The notes: generated from the sequence alone by a model not told the origin. DNA of 64,000 nucleotides from Spironucleus salmonicida (GCF_000497125.1 NC_090601.1:1550001-1614000), one strand, 5' to 3'. Positions 47,870 to 61,944 are shown, numbered from the stretch's first letter. Translations and numbers: made by a program.

Positions 47870-50800
47870 ATGGACTAAGCTGAGTTCAATTATGCTAGGA
47901 CATTATCTCCAGTAAACAGACCTAAAAATCGTCTACAGGCATTTACAAAGCCTTTAAATCCGAGGAAATCTAAATTTATACCGCACTCACTCTAAATTTT
48001 ATAGTAAGCTAAAAATTCAATTCGAAGCTTTGATCCAGTATTTGGTGAGGGAGGATTATATACTCCAGATGGATCTACTGCTGATGCATATAGTTTGTAC
48101 TTACATGCCGCTTCAGCAGCATTAGAAAATATAGAAATTATCGACAGCTCAGCAGCGTAGACAATATAGAAAACAATTGATTTTTTCGCTTCTGAAGCAA
48201 GATTAGGACCACCAGATTTGAAAGCAGCGTTAAAAGAAAGAGATGATGCCTTAAAATCGATTAAAACAACCAAATAATAAATAGAAGTCGTGTAACTTTA
48301 GGTCAAAGTATCTGATTCTTAATATGCTGTTGAAGTTTAAAAAAATAAGTAGCTTATGGATTAAATTGATTAATTAAATAGCGTTATTCAAGAGGAAGTC
48401 AAAGAAAAAGATAATTTGTATAGAGAGGTTGTATATATAAGAGGATAATTATTAACAGTCACCAATTCCCATATGAAAGAAGCTCAAATAAGAAATAATA
48501 TATAAAAGTAAAGTCTAGATCACTAATCTTAAAATTTTAAAACTCGAACAGAATTAGAGACACTTATAAAAAATAACGAAGAATTTGATTAAATTAACAA
48601 AAAATATTTAAAATTAAACTAGTAGTAAGTAATTCAAATCAATACTCTTACTAATAATAATGAATAACTTATTACATCTTAAAGTCTTCTCTAAGAACAA
48701 CTTCAATAACTTCTAGCTGAAAATGAAGCACTAAAAGCTTAGTTTGAAAAGTATTAAAAACACTAAGAATATTAAAATTAGCTTTAGTAAATGAAAATTG
48801 ATTCATTAACAGAAGAGATTTATAGCCATTATGGACAATAGACACTAGAAAACAATGTGTATAACTAGTCACGTATCCAAGATACTCTTTCAAATTCTAT
48901 AAAGTATGGAGGTTTAGATGTTCCAAAACCAAAGTGTATCAACTTTAGTTAGTAATGTTGTCTAAATTATAAAAAATTGGATGGGAGGGTCTTGGCAACT
49001 TAGTAAGAATTTGAACCTGAAAAAGCAAAAAATAACGATTTAGAGCTAATAGAATAAGAGTATTCAGATAAATCAGAAGATTTTATTGAAGAAAAAGTTA
49101 ATTTCGATACTATTGTCGTAGCATCAAAATCTAGTTTACTTAATTAAATTAACAAATAATTTATTTCTAAAAAAGCTGCATTTTAACTCTAAGAACTATG
49201 TGAAACATATGAATAAAAATATAAAAAATATAAAGCGAAATTTTTAGATTTAGAATCAAATATTGATATTTTAGTTATACAACGCCAATTATCTACCTTA
49301 TAAAAGCTAGAAAAATAATTATTAAATGATATGAAAAAATAATCTTTTTAATAAGATGAACAACTTAAATTTTAAAAGATTATCTCGCAGGTTATATGTA
49401 TTTATAGAGCAGAAATATAGGGAGAACTTGAAAAAGCTAAAGCAGCAAAATTAGCTCTTCTACGTCTTTTAAGATCAAAAGTAGATATGATAGAGGTCGA
49501 ATTAGACTAATTTGATGAAGAAAATTCAAGTGGTACCGAAAATCAATAATCTGGGATTACACCTTCTAGAACAAACCGTAGATCACGCCGATCAAACAAT
49601 TCATCACTACGATTAGGTGGGTAAATATGTTCAAAATGTAAGAAAAAAATGTAAGATAGTTAAGAAACAGAAGAATAAAATCAAACCAAAATTTAAATTA
49701 ATACATCATAAAGCCTCTAACTTTAATCCCAAATTGAACTAATAGTGACTTAAATTGAAGGTATAAAGAATGCTAAAATTATAAGAAATGCTGATTTTAT
49801 ACGTAAATTACGTGCTCAAAATTTTAAAGACTAAATTAATGTTCATAAAGCAATGAGGCAACTAAGCCTATAAGTTTAAATGCATAGATAATCAGATTTA
49901 GATCACTAATTGCATTTAAAATTAGAGGAAAAGATTCTTGCTCTAGAATGCTAGGAGCGAGAAATAAATACTGTTTTTGATGAGGTAGAAAATGATCTTA
50001 TTATCTAAGAGTAATAGTAGCAGTAAAGTATAAAGTAAAACTACTCATCCAGATCACTAAATTTTTCAGAGTCTGCACTTCCTCAAATAAGCACTATATC
50101 TGGACAGAATTCTATATTAGATAATATGATGTTATAAAGTTCCATGGTCCATCCAAGTGAGTTTACAGTAACTAAAAATAAATAATTGACTAATATGAAA
50201 TAAATCAAGCAAACTATGTCTGCAGATGAAATTCGAAAGTATGCAGAGATTTACGAAAAACGAAATAGATATATATAGTCACTTACTTTATTGAGACAAT
50301 CTAAAAATATCACTGAAAAAGAGCTTTCAATAGTAGGTCAGGCTTTATACGCTAATTTAGAAGCTGTTGATGTAAAACGAACAAAAGTTATTTCAGAATT
50401 ACGCTCAACAGTTTTGGGTTATAAAGGGTTTTTACCTATAACTTACAATAAGCAAAAGACATAGGTTTATCAGAAACTAGATGAAAAATTTTTAAACCCA
50501 TTTAGAAAAATTACTAAGTTGCGAGATATCATCAGTGATGCTTAAAAGATGATTATAATTCGCTCAAGATTGCTAATTTAATAAGAAATAATGAAAAATT
50601 AGTCGATCAAAACTCGTGCAGATAAATTACTAGAAATTCAGAAGACTTTATTCCCTATTATATTGAATTTTGAGTAACGAAAACCGAATATTTTCTTATA
50701 AGCAAAAACCAAAGAATAATTAGTGAACGCTGAAGTAATTGAAATAAAAGGTGAAATTGTACGTGAAAATATTTCATAAATGACACTATATGCATCATAA

Positions 50801-51817
50801 TAAGAGATTAACCTTGTATCAACTGAAATAATTATTGCTCCAAATTCAGATGTGATTGTTACTCAACTTAGTGAAGTAGGCCATATGATCAAATGGATAA
50901 AAACATCTAGAGTAGATGGGTTTTTTATCCGAGAGAAACCTCTAATGTAAAGCACTATTATAAATTCATCATAATTCACATAGTTGTCTACATCTGTGCC
51001 ATTGAAAGGTAAAAAATGGATACTTCAAGTTTCTAGATATTCTCTTTCATCAAGTACAGGAGAAGATTTTGGTATTGATTTTAGATCATGGGCAAGATAA
51101 AACTATGGGTTTGGTAACGTGTTAGAAAAACTTATCAATGCAACTATCGTGAATGCCTTATATTGGGCAGGAGACCCCGAGATTCAAATATTTTATAGTT
51201 TATTGATTGGTGCAATTCCAATAAGCTTAGTACGAGATGTAATTTAATTTCTTTAAAGGCATTTACAGATAGATATTAAAGTTGCAAATGAAGAGTTAAT
51301 TATTGTTAAAAAGGATCTTACTAAAGAATTATCAGTATCTCTTTTTGCAGAAAAGTTTGAAACTGATGATTTTTATGTGATGGTTTCATATATTTTAAAT
51401 CGTTACTTAGAAATTGAAAGAAATACTTAATAATTAGCGTTAAGGATGTTTTAGTCGTATTCGAGACCTATGGAAAGAGAGCAGGCTCTAAAGGTCTTTG
51501 CATCGTTACCCGTTTATATTGACGACAAAAAATTATAGCCACTATTAGGGTCTTGCTTAGTTGACGATTAAGAGTTTATAAGAATATTCTAAAAGGTTCA
51601 TATGGGAACTACAGATCCTATAATCAGCAGGGCTAGCGACTAAGTACGACGTGCTGACGAAGTAGTCTTACGTTTTAACGGACTTCATCGTGAGTAGGCT
51701 AAACTATTAGAAGAGTAAAGACGGTCTGCTCTTTTCGAGATTGGGTAAACAAACGGTCTATATGGATATTTTGAGGCCGTAAAATATTTAGAAATGGCTT
51801 TGGAAGCATGCTAGTGA
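47870..51817 (+). CDS. Large coiled-coil protein (1315 aa), C-terminus weakly TSNAXIP1-like
   Basis: Long code-6 ORF; last 50 nt (YFEAVKYLEMALEACQ*, AGTGA) lie inside the right repeat arm. Confidence 0.75.
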
Positions 51818-51825
51818 AGTCCTTG

Positions 51826-52635
51826 TCACTCGGCGGGCCCTGGGCCTGGCCTCCCCGGCCGGTGCGAGCGCATGATGGCTATGGCTGCGGTGAGGATGAT
51901 GCCCAGCAGTGCGGCGGCGCCCAGACCCGCGAGCATCAGGGCGCCCCGAGGGTCCCTGTGGTAGGGAAGGCCGTACTTCGCAGCCGCGAGCGCCTCGAGG
52001 GCCACCAGGTCGACGCCGCGGCGGGACCTGACCACAGGAAGGGGGGTGCGGCCGTCTAGGGGCCAGCGCGGGAGCTGGTGCGCCCCAGCGAGCAGCAGGT
52101 ACCGAGCGGGGCCGGCGAGGCGTCCCGGGATGCGGCGCACCAGCAAAGCGCCCTCGGCGATGTGGGCGCTGAGGTCCGCGCAGGACAGCTCGAACACGGT
52201 GGCGGCCACGACGGCGCGGTAGGCTCGCAGGCGCTGGTCGGGTCGGCCGGCGTCGCCCTGCCGGATGGTCTGCAGCATGGCGCGGAATGCGGCCTCGGTG
52301 GCCGGGGGGCAGCGGTCGGAGGGCCCGTTGGGGAGGTAGGGCACCGGGAGCGAGAGCAGGAAGGAGCCGCGGGGGCGGACCTCCACGACCAGGAAGTGCA
52401 GGGTGTGCTGGGCGGCGGGGTCCTCGAAGAAGAGCGAGAAGGTGAGGCGCGCGGCCCCTGGCGGCGGGGCGCAGGCGAAGAGGCCCATGCCGGCTACCTG
52501 GGCGCAGGAGGCCTCGGGGGCCGAGAGGACGCGGAAGGGCCTGCCGCCGTGGCCGCCCACGCTCAGCAGCACCGGCTCTCCCTGCTGGACCACGGCGGAG
52601 CGCGCTGCGAGGTGGAGCCCCAGCACCGCTAGCAT
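51826..52635 (-). CDS. Putative type-I membrane protein (copy of 45912-46721)
   Basis: Identical except T>I, D>G and one silent change. Confidence 0.7.
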   Translation of the reverse strand: MLAVLGLHLAARSAVVQQGEPVLLSVGGHGGRPFRVLSAPEASCAQVAGMGLFACAPPPGAARLTFSLFFEDPAAQHTLHFLVVEVRPRGSFLLSLPVPYLPNGPSDRCPPATEAAFRAMLQTIRQGDAGRPDQRLRAYRAVVAATVFELSCADLSAHIAEGALLVRRIPGRLAGPARYLLLAGAHQLPRWPLDGRTPLPVVRSRRGVDLVALEALAAAKYGLPYHRDPRGALMLAGLGAAALLGIILTAAIAIMRSHRPGRPGPGPAE

Positions 52636-52650
52636 TAAAGGAAGGGTCAC

Positions 52651-52770
52651 TCAGATGCCGCGCAGCCAGCGGGAGGCCCGGCGCAGCTCGCGGTCCACGA
52701 TGCGCTGGAGGTCCTGCAGGGGGCGCATGGCGGCCTGGTTCGCGCGGAAGAGGCGCGCCTCGGGGTCCAT
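52651..52770 (-). CDS. Small ORF (copy of 45777-45896)
   Basis: Repeat copy. Confidence 0.5.
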   Translation of the reverse strand: MDPEARLFRANQAAMRPLQDLQRIVDRELRRASRWLRGI

Positions 52771-52808
52771 TCGGAGCGGGCCGTTCCTAACCGCAGTGCG
52801 CAAAGCCC

Positions 52809-53270
52809 TCACTCGCAGCACGGCCGCCCCAGCTTCCCGAGCCGCAGCTTGATCTGGGCCACCGAGCGCTGCGGCATCGCGGCGTGGATGCGCTTGGGCA
52901 CGTTGCACAGCCGCTCCGCGAGCTCCACGAGCCGGAGGTCCTCGGCGGCGGCCCAGCGGCCCTTGACGATGGCGGGGTTCTGCGTGCGGCTCCACCGCTG
53001 CTGGCACTGCTTGCCGTCGCGGCCGTTGCGGAAGCGGCCGTTGAGGTGCTCCGCGATCTGCGCGTAGGTGAGCTCCCGGTTGCTGGCGAGGACCGCGAGC
53101 AGCTCGGACTCGGGGGCGCCCCAGGGCACGCGCTGCGGGGAGCACGGGGCTGCCTGCTCCGAGCGCGGGGAGCACGCGGAAGGCGGATCCGAGCGCGGGG
53201 CGCTGTAGAGGCCGCTGTCGGGCGCGAGGCCGAAGGACAGCTCGAAGGGGTCGTAGAAGAAATCGGTCAT
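52809..53270 (-). CDS. Myb-domain protein (copy of 45277-45738)
   Basis: Repeat copy. Confidence 0.85.
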   Translation of the reverse strand: MTDFFYDPFELSFGLAPDSGLYSAPRSDPPSACSPRSEQAAPCSPQRVPWGAPESELLAVLASNRELTYAQIAEHLNGRFRNGRDGKQCQQRWSRTQNPAIVKGRWAAAEDLRLVELAERLCNVPKRIHAAMPQRSVAQIKLRLGKLGRPCCE

Positions 53271-53417
53271 TGTGGAGCGGCCGGCCGAGACCGGTCCGAG
53301 TACTCCCCGAAGCGCGGTTCCGGAAATAGAAAAATACCCAAATGGCCGTATTATACCCGTTCCGGGCCGATAGCAGCAACCGAAGTGTATGACCACTCCA
53401 CCCCAAAGTGTATGACC

Positions 53418-53975
53418 TCACTCGCGCTTCGCATGGGCGGTCTGCAGCTGGCACGCCACCGCCCTGCCCGCGGGGTCGAAGGCCGCGAGGAGGAAGTTGC
53501 CCTCCGCGTCGAAGAGGCCGGCCACGCTGCCCGACCACACCGGCGTCCCGTTCACCTCCAGCGCGTAGGCTCCCGTGGCGCGGCTGAGCCGGCCCACCAC
53601 GCGCTCCCGGCGCCCGCAGCACACGTAGTGGCGCTCAGGGGTCTCGAAGGGGAGCTTGAGGGCCTCGCAGGCGTACCACTGGGCGATCCCGAGCAGCACG
53701 AGCCAGCGCTTGGCGGCCCACGGCGTCCCGCGGCGGATGGGCAGACCGAAGCACAGCCAGAGCGCGCCGAGCTGGAACGCCTGCACCGCGAGCTGCAGGG
53801 TGGGGACGTAGGGGCAGCGGCTGCCCGCGTAGTGGTTGGCGTAGTCCACGGTGGCATGGGAGAGCACCCGCTGCACGCCAACGGTGTCGTTGAGCTTCAC
53901 CCGGTGCGGCCTGGTCACGAAGCCGCCGCGGAAGTAGGAGAGCGCGAAACTCTGGGCCGAGGCGAGGAGTCCCAT
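53418..53975 (-). CDS. SPC25/SPCS2-like (copy of 44572-45129)
   Basis: Repeat copy. Confidence 0.6.
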   Translation of the reverse strand: MGLLASAQSFALSYFRGGFVTRPHRVKLNDTVGVQRVLSHATVDYANHYAGSRCPYVPTLQLAVQAFQLGALWLCFGLPIRRGTPWAAKRWLVLLGIAQWYACEALKLPFETPERHYVCCGRRERVVGRLSRATGAYALEVNGTPVWSGSVAGLFDAEGNFLLAAFDPAGRAVACQLQTAHAKRE

Positions 53976-54012
53976 TTAATAGGCGGCAATATTATACTGT
54001 ATACGCAATATC

Positions 54013-54291
54013 TCACTGGGCCTTGCCCGCCCGGTACTCCATCCAGGCCGTCTTCCGGGAGTGCACGGGGCTCAGCAGCAGCTCGAAGCTGTTCTCCTCC
54101 TCCAGCAGCAGGTCCGAGACCTAGCGCTGCTTCTGCAGGTCCAGCTTGAACCGCGCGGGGCGGGGGATCGGCGCCTGCACGGCGTGCTGCTTGAAGGACT
54201 CGTTCGCGGAGGTGCGGCTGATGTGGTGCAGCGCATGGCTCGGCCTCGCGGGGCACCCGAACCTCAGGGGCGTCGGCATAGGAGGTATCAT
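54013..54291 (-). CDS. Hypothetical protein (copy of 44256-44534)
   Basis: Repeat copy. Confidence 0.75.
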
Positions 54292-54969
54292 TTTGAAATC
54301 AGGTATTATTCATATAAATGTCTATTTTTATTATACATAGACGCGATTTTCTAGTCAGATTAAATCTACTTCAGTCTATTATTAGACTTATAAACTATAT
54401 ATCTATAATTATAAATCATTTATAAACTTTATAGTGTTTTATTCTAATTTTGATATGAATAATAGGTAATAAAGGTTATGAAAATTATATCATTCATTTA
54501 GTAGTGTTAGATACCAAATAAATCATTATTAATATGCAGTTATATAGTGTACTTGACCTAAAAATTGATATTCATTGCACTTATTAGAAGAAAAAAGAGT
54601 ACAATATAAATATATGAATATATAATTATAGAAATAAATATTATATTTTTATTAATGAGTGAAATATTATGCTCATTGGTAAAAGTTATAGTTTACAATA
54701 TAAATTTGCTATGTTTTTAATGATAATCAAATAAAAATAAATAATTTATGCTTTATTTGTTAATAATTAAACGTCAAGTATATATTTTTCGGTTTAATTC
54801 AAATTGTTTTAAGCTTGTTATTTAGGTTCTTAGGGAAAACTATTAATTGTATAATAATAATGATAGTGAAATAAATTATAGAACGATAACTATATTTATT
54901 TATTAAACAAATTTATTTTATATTAAATATGTTGAAAATATTAGAAAATATTATATCACGATTAATTTC

Positions 54970-55842
54970 TCACTTGGTGAGCTTAGAAAGGAGAGCAAGC
55001 TTTTTAGCTTACAAAGCATCCTTACGCTGAGTAAGAGTATGCTTGACTTCATGCTTGGTGTCATATTTGTATGAAGCTTTAGCCTTTCTAGAGGAGATGG
55101 GGCTCTTTCTGATGTTAGCATGAGTAGTCTCGATCGTCTGCTTATAGTTTTCAGCAGAAATACCATTCTTGATGAACTATGAGAATCTAGCCTTATATGT
55201 ATCAGCGTTTTCACCCTTAAGTTCGGTCATATAGCTAGCAACGTGTTAACCATAGATTCTATCAGCAAGGAGCTTAGCATCGACTTAACCGTTCTTGAAA
55301 CCTGTAACTAAACGTTTACCTGAGTATGGGATGTTGAGACCACCGTCAACGGCACCCTTAAGGGCAGCGAAAACATTAGCGCCTGTTGTAGTACGGGATA
55401 AACCGATATCAAGGAAGCAACGGAACGCACTACGTTCATCCTTATCCTCAACGGGGACGATCTTAGAAACATCAGTGTTACCCTTATAGAGATCAGCCAT
55501 CTGGATCTTAGCAAGCATTCTACGAGCGCAGAGGAGTCCGGTAGCATAACAAGCGGCATAGTTGTTAAGACCAGCCTTGAGACCGTATTCAGGAAGCTCA
55601 TGGGAGTAAGCAGCACAGTGAATTTTATCACCACCAAGATGAGCAGAGATGATCTGGCATGTAACAAACTTGTTAGACCTACGAACTACAAGTCTATACT
55701 TGGGTGCGGCATATTTATCCTTATCCTGGATGGTGAGAGCACGTCTCTACTGATAATCAGTAAGACCGTCACGTCTTCTACGGAACTGAACTTAGAAACG
55801 TTTATAATAAGCACGAGTCTTTTAGATTCTGATCCAAGCCAT
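54970..55842 (-). CDS. RPL5: 60S ribosomal protein L5 (uL18)
   Basis: '[19 protein letters not shown]', '[16 protein letters not shown]', '[15 protein letters not shown]', '[12 protein letters not shown]'. Confidence 0.97.
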
Positions 55843-55955
55843 TTCTCAAAGGAGTGGACTTATGAATTTTAGTTCAAATTTATAACGAATATATACTATA
55901 TTTAAATAATAATGTTATGCGTTTAAATATTATATTTAATATATAGAGTATAATA

Positions 55956-58205
55956 TCACTATAATAACTATCTTAATCCATCTGGAGCAAAAATAGATCC
56001 TCCACTTTCTCTATCAGTTAACATAAATGTATCTTCATACAAATAACACATATAAATTGAGTCAATAGTTAACTATACAATACCTATAGTATATGATGAG
56101 ACTATAAACATTATAATAGAAACTAAAACAGCCCCAGACATGAATAAATCATTAAAATTTGATGTATATTTGATAATTGCCCATGTACAGACTCCCGATA
56201 TTATAGAGATAAATAATTTGGCAAAAGTTAGGAATATCCAAGAAAAGAACTTAACGCTCATGCTAGTGAAAAATGATCCCATAGTAAGCTTCATAGCTCC
56301 ACCAAGCGACTTGAAATATCCTTATCCACTTATTGCTGAGAAAATCACAACATTTCTGTTAATCCATTCCACTATCTTCTATAAGCATTTTAGACAACAT
56401 CTAGCAACATGAACAGTGGCCTTAATAATTTTGGAATTAGCAAGTTTGTTACTAAGTTCTAACCGCCTCAAGACGTATTCTAAAACCATTCGGGCGAAAA
56501 CTACCAAGCTGGTAATGAAGCTGGTAACCAGTAAGGTCCCCATATTCTTGGTCACGCAAAGGATACTTTGACCAAAAATACCTCTCTGACGTTTTTTATC
56601 AGAGAAGTACCAGTGAGCAACATGGAAGGAGATAATATACTCCAAGCAAGAATAAATGAAGAAGCTGCCCCAAATTGTCATGAAAACATATATGGCAAAC
56701 ACAGTTGTCGTACCGCCATTCTAGACGGGTGTGTGAACCCCGCCAATGTCTTTGATGTCCGTAAAACTGAACATATGACCTCTGGCATCATACGAACCGC
56801 TTAAATAGTAGAGTAGGGTGATCCCACCAGCCCAGGCGAGATGAAATAGGAAAATAATTACGAAGAAAATCGGAATAAAGAAAATTATTGGTATCCTTCG
56901 CATACAATCTACCGAAGATGTAATTACGGCAATTCCTACTCGAATTCCTTTAAAGCATAATATTAATATTATCAAAATAATTGAACCAATAATAGCAATA
57001 AATACTCCTAAAATCATAAATCCTGTCGCTTTAGACTGTAGATTTGAATCAAGAAATCCAAAATAATCAGAAACTTTAATAGAGGTTTCATTTATCCTTA
57101 TGGATGCTAAAATAAAATAATATGAACCAAATATGGCAGACCCAATAATAAACACAATAGTAGAATATACTAAAATTTTAACAATATATCTCAAACAAAT
57201 AAGATAAATTATTGTTATTGCAACTCCACAAAGTAAGCCATAAATTATTTATAAGTAAGTTGTTTTAACTTCAAAAACAAAATTTTAAAAGATGCTAGTT
57301 GCAAAATTAAATATTTTATCTATCAAACTACCAAAATTCCCTAAGTTGTCGAGCTAAGTATTTAGGCTCAAAGCACATTAATTTATTCCAATTTTTGCAA
57401 GTGGGTCAATCATTTCATAATCATTTCTTTTCTCTGTCCCTTTAAAAGAATTAACTGGTACACAAAAACCTCTTAAAAATTCATATCTTTAATTCACAGC
57501 AATAAAATTTTGAAATTCATTTTTGGTGAATTGATTTTTTAGGTTAGATATTCCAGATATTTGACTTCCAAATTAAATAAAATCTTCAGAACAGAAGATT
57601 TCTGTTTGTGCGTCTAGAATACAGTCAAAACCAGAATCTACACAGATTGTACCTCCGATCCCTGAAAATCCTACGGATCGTGACGTTAAATCTGTGTTAA
57701 GATCCTTCATCTTTAAAAAGAACACACGTGTCTTAATTGGATCTAAAATATTATCAGTAAAAAGATCGCATGAAATATGCGCAGATGGAAATACCTTCTG
57801 TGATAATTCGCAAAAATCCTTAAATTATTCAACTTATACCATTCTAGAGTAATCTACTGCGAAGAAATCTGGCTAAATAGTCTCACCACAAACACGCCTG
57901 TTTTAATCAGCAGGAGTAATAATCAGAAGAATTTTATCCATATTTTTTATCACATTAAAGTAGAATGCAGATCCAAGCATAGAGAAAATAAATACAAAAA
58001 ATATCAACGAGCAGATAATGTCCTTATATTTTCGTAATTTAGGTGTTGTGATTGGAGATTTTTAGTCAGGTTAACTTTTAGATGGGAGAACAATACTTAA
58101 CCTTTGTGTTGAGATTCGCCGGATTTAATCTTAAGTAGGTGAAGTATATGATTAAATACCTTAATTTGGCAACATTATCGATACATTGCTCATTCGACTT
58201 CTCAT
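55956..58205 (-). CDS. Choline transporter-like (CTL/SLC44) protein
   Basis: 'RKYKDIICSLIF...DQNRRVCG', Cys-rich loop, 'VAHWYF', 'RCCLKCL', C-terminal 'SIYMCYLYED'. Confidence 0.88.
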
Positions 58206-58839
58206 TTTTATGAAAAATCACAATATTTATAAATTAATATATAATATATATATATTTAAAGTTAGGGACATATAATCCTAAAAATATAAGTGTGTAATAT
58301 TTGCTCACTTTTTATAAAAAGAGAAACTTATATAAAATTAATAGACTAATGGTAACAATAAAGTGAACTGTATTTAATATTTAAATCTGTTATTTGTTTT
58401 TTTTGAGAAAATATTAAGTTTTATCGTAGAAAAAAATCTTAAAATTATAATACTTACAGTTGATAAGGTAAGATGACTTTCAATTTTATATGAATAAGGA
58501 TACAATGAAACTTACAGCTTATACTGTTCACATAATGGTAAAGATATTAGTGACATGGTATTATATATATTTTCAGTCATGTTTTAAGTTAAGCTCGAAA
58601 AATTGACAATTGAAAAAAGGAGAACTTATTGAGAAATAATTTATGAAAATTTTGCGACTAATAATTTATGGTATATTAATCGTAAACATAAGTAATTAAA
58701 AACTCTATTTGAAATAAGTCGTTAAAATAGCATTAATTTTCATTATATTATACTGAGACTCGTCTGTATGCTATTAAATTTGTAACAAATTATCTAATAT
58801 AAAAATATATAAAAATATAGATTTATACCCATTCCATTT

Positions 58840-61800
58840 ATGACCGCTAACGAGTAATACCCATCTCTACTATACTTGCTACCTGTTGTTTTGCAAACTT
58901 TCTTCTATACAACAAACTCCCTTACTTCATTCAGAATAATAGGTTTAGGTTATATAATATCTTTAGCTATTAATTCCCATATTCCATTTATTTTTGCATC
59001 ATTTTTTTCAATTTCAACCCTTTTGTTTGCCGTTTAATAGTCTTCTTTAAACTACGATATATTTTAGTATTATTCTTTATTTGCTTCTATTATAGGAATA
59101 ATTTCTGCTAGTTTATAAATATATTCGAAATATAGACTTAAAATAAACATTTCTCTACCTGCATCTTTGTTAATAGCATTTAGCGCGCTTATGAGTACAA
59201 GTGTATTCTCTATATTTATATTAAATTAATATTCAGTGTTTGCCACTGGTATAATTTTCGCCTGTCTTAAACCATTATATGGAATTATTACAAGCAATAT
59301 TAAAGACAATACTGAATCGTAAACACACGTAGGATTTGGAATATAAACTAAGAAGGACGATATTTTTTAGATTTATGAAGAATATATAGGCGTTTTAACA
59401 ATTTTAAGTATAATAATATTTACGATATTAAGCAATTTTATTGGCAAATTTTATACTGGATTTTCAGTAATTTTTATTATTCTATACTGTGTGCTATTAA
59501 CTGCATGCAGTGCCATAGTTACAATTATATTAAGACAAAATAAAGGAATTAGAAGCTATTTTATTTAAGATTAAAAATAAGATATTAATCTAGCTCAAAA
59601 AGATGATAAAGTATTTTCATAGAATTAGGAACAATCTTTGAAAGAAGTTTTTAAGTCTATATTTAAATTTTAATATAAGTAAGTATTATTTGGCGTTATC
59701 ATGTATTTAATATTCATTTTATCTGGAAAATTTTATTACAGATATAAATTTACTTACATTCAATACATTTCTTCAATACCCGTTAGTTTTTTATCACAAA
59801 GATCCATATTTATTTAAAATTCTTATTCTGATATTATGTTTCTTATAATTAACTTAGTCTGCCTTTATAATTATCCACTCTCAGCAAGTATACATTATTC
59901 AATTTATTCAATTATCAACTAAATTGAAGGAAAATCCTTTTCTACATATTTAATTATAGCTGCAGAGTTTTATAGCATTACATTCATTGATTATACACAA
60001 TATAAACATATTTGGATTGCATAAATTATAATAACTTTGTTACTATCAATTTAGTTTATTCCAATTCTATAAAAGTCGCCGTTAGGACTAAAAGTAATAA
60101 TTTATATATAGTCCTTCATTTTAGATACGGTTATAACAATTCCAAGGGAATACTAGCTAAATATTATTACTAATACAATGGTTTTATTTGCAACTGCAAT
60201 TTACGCGGAAAAGTTCATGAGTTCTGCAATTGGGACTTACTAATCTTTAGTTATTTTTGGAACTATACTTATTAGAGTAGTTAGTAATATAGTGAACACA
60301 TTACTTCTTAGATCAGGTCTTGGAATATAATCTACAGCTATTTTATAAATTGTAGTTAGCTCATATGAAATATTCTCTATTTGTGTTAGTTTGCTTTTAT
60401 AGATTGCCTCTTATTTCAGATTACCTAAAAAAGTTTAACTTCCCATGTTTATGGTTATTTATGTAATATTAGTTTTATCAATGACATTTTCCCCATTAAG
60501 TGTAATTTTTATTACTGGGTTTTTATTTTTAACTGGATTTTCCTAAATTATATCATCAACATTCTCAATTTCGTCATCAACACTTTAATCTATTACAATT
60601 TTAGTATATAAATCCTTTTTTAGTTACTAAATTCCAAATCCTAATATTTTTTTAACTAGATTTTTAACAGGAATTGCTGTTTCTTCTGCTTCTGGATATT
60701 TATTTTTCGATTCCCCTTACTTTTTATCAACATTTACAGGTGCTGTACTGTCTTTGTTTTTAACAACTCCAACAGTTCTCATTGATATGGAAATAACAAC
60801 ATTATCGATTAGCAAACTTCTTATTTCTCTTAGTATTTTCGTTGCTACATCAATTTTCCCTTTATTTTAGAAAGTCTCTTAAAAAGCATTTAAAGTTATT
60901 TACCTCACAGTTTATGCTATTTTGCTTATTTCGTGCTTACTTTCAAGCTAAGTTTCTGAATCTTTCACGCTATTAATATTCTTAATTTTGTTAGCCTCCT
61001 TGCCATAATCATTAGCTATTGTATCTTTCGGAATATCTTCACTTCTACTAGTTCTATTTATGTCTTCAACATATTCAGTGTCTACCATTTCTTATGCTTC
61101 TGCGGTTGCATCTTTCTCAGCAACCTCGATAATGTTTTTACTTCGCTTTTTAATGATTAAAAACTCTGTTTTACGACGCTTAATTAAAAAAGTTAAAATT
61201 GAAAATGCAGGTGCCAAAATCAACCAAAATATATTCAATTAAGAGGCCGAATTTGATGTATTTTTAAATTCTGCAGAATAATAAAATAAAGGAATGGAAA
61301 CTAACAGAGAAACAGCAGAAAATGTATATTTTTCATTGAAGTATTAACTATATGGATTTATTGCTATCTCAGGATGGATTTTCTCAAAATTTGGATTCTC
61401 AGAACTCGTTTTCGGTGTTTTAAGTTGTTGTGTACTTCTGATACCTTCTGATAATATTAATGGATCAGATATAATGTAAGTTTGCGGATATTTTAGTGTC
61501 AATTAAAATTGGTAGGAAAACCTTAACAATAAATAACAGAAAATAACCCGCTTTGTCATGTGCTCCTTCTTATTAGTGTTAGGAAGAATTTTATATGATT
61601 TCATACTCTTTATTAACGAGCTGATCTTCGATTACGAAGCTAACAACTAATTTATCAATGTATTCATTAAAGATATTTTCATTTTAGTTCTAGTTCTTAT
61701 TTTCGCTCTTACAGGTATTTGCTATATAACTGCTTTTCCGCTTTAATATTTTACATTTTTATGTAATCAGCGCAGAGTTTAACTTTTAAGTATTTTGGGA

Positions 61801-61944
61801 ATCTTAGCTCTAGTTGCATCTATATTCAGCACCGCAAATGGGATTAAAATACTTCTGATATTTGGATTTTCAGGTATATTCTTTTAGGCACCGATATCGG
61901 TACTAATGGGCGAGAAGCGTATAGTAGATGTAGAGAGTACGTGA
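58840..61944 (+). CDS. Large polytopic membrane protein (1034 aa), unknown family
   Basis: Code-6 ORF with many hydrophobic segments. Confidence 0.75.

Larger units (their letters stand above)
51768..54298 (-). repeat. Right arm of 2,531-bp inverted repeat
   Basis: Near-identical reverse complement of 44249-46779. Confidence 0.97.

Noticed and set aside
44249-54298. Composite transposon or horizontally acquired bacterial island
   Set aside because: No transposase, integrase or target-site duplication seen; genes are eukaryotic and use host code and signals.
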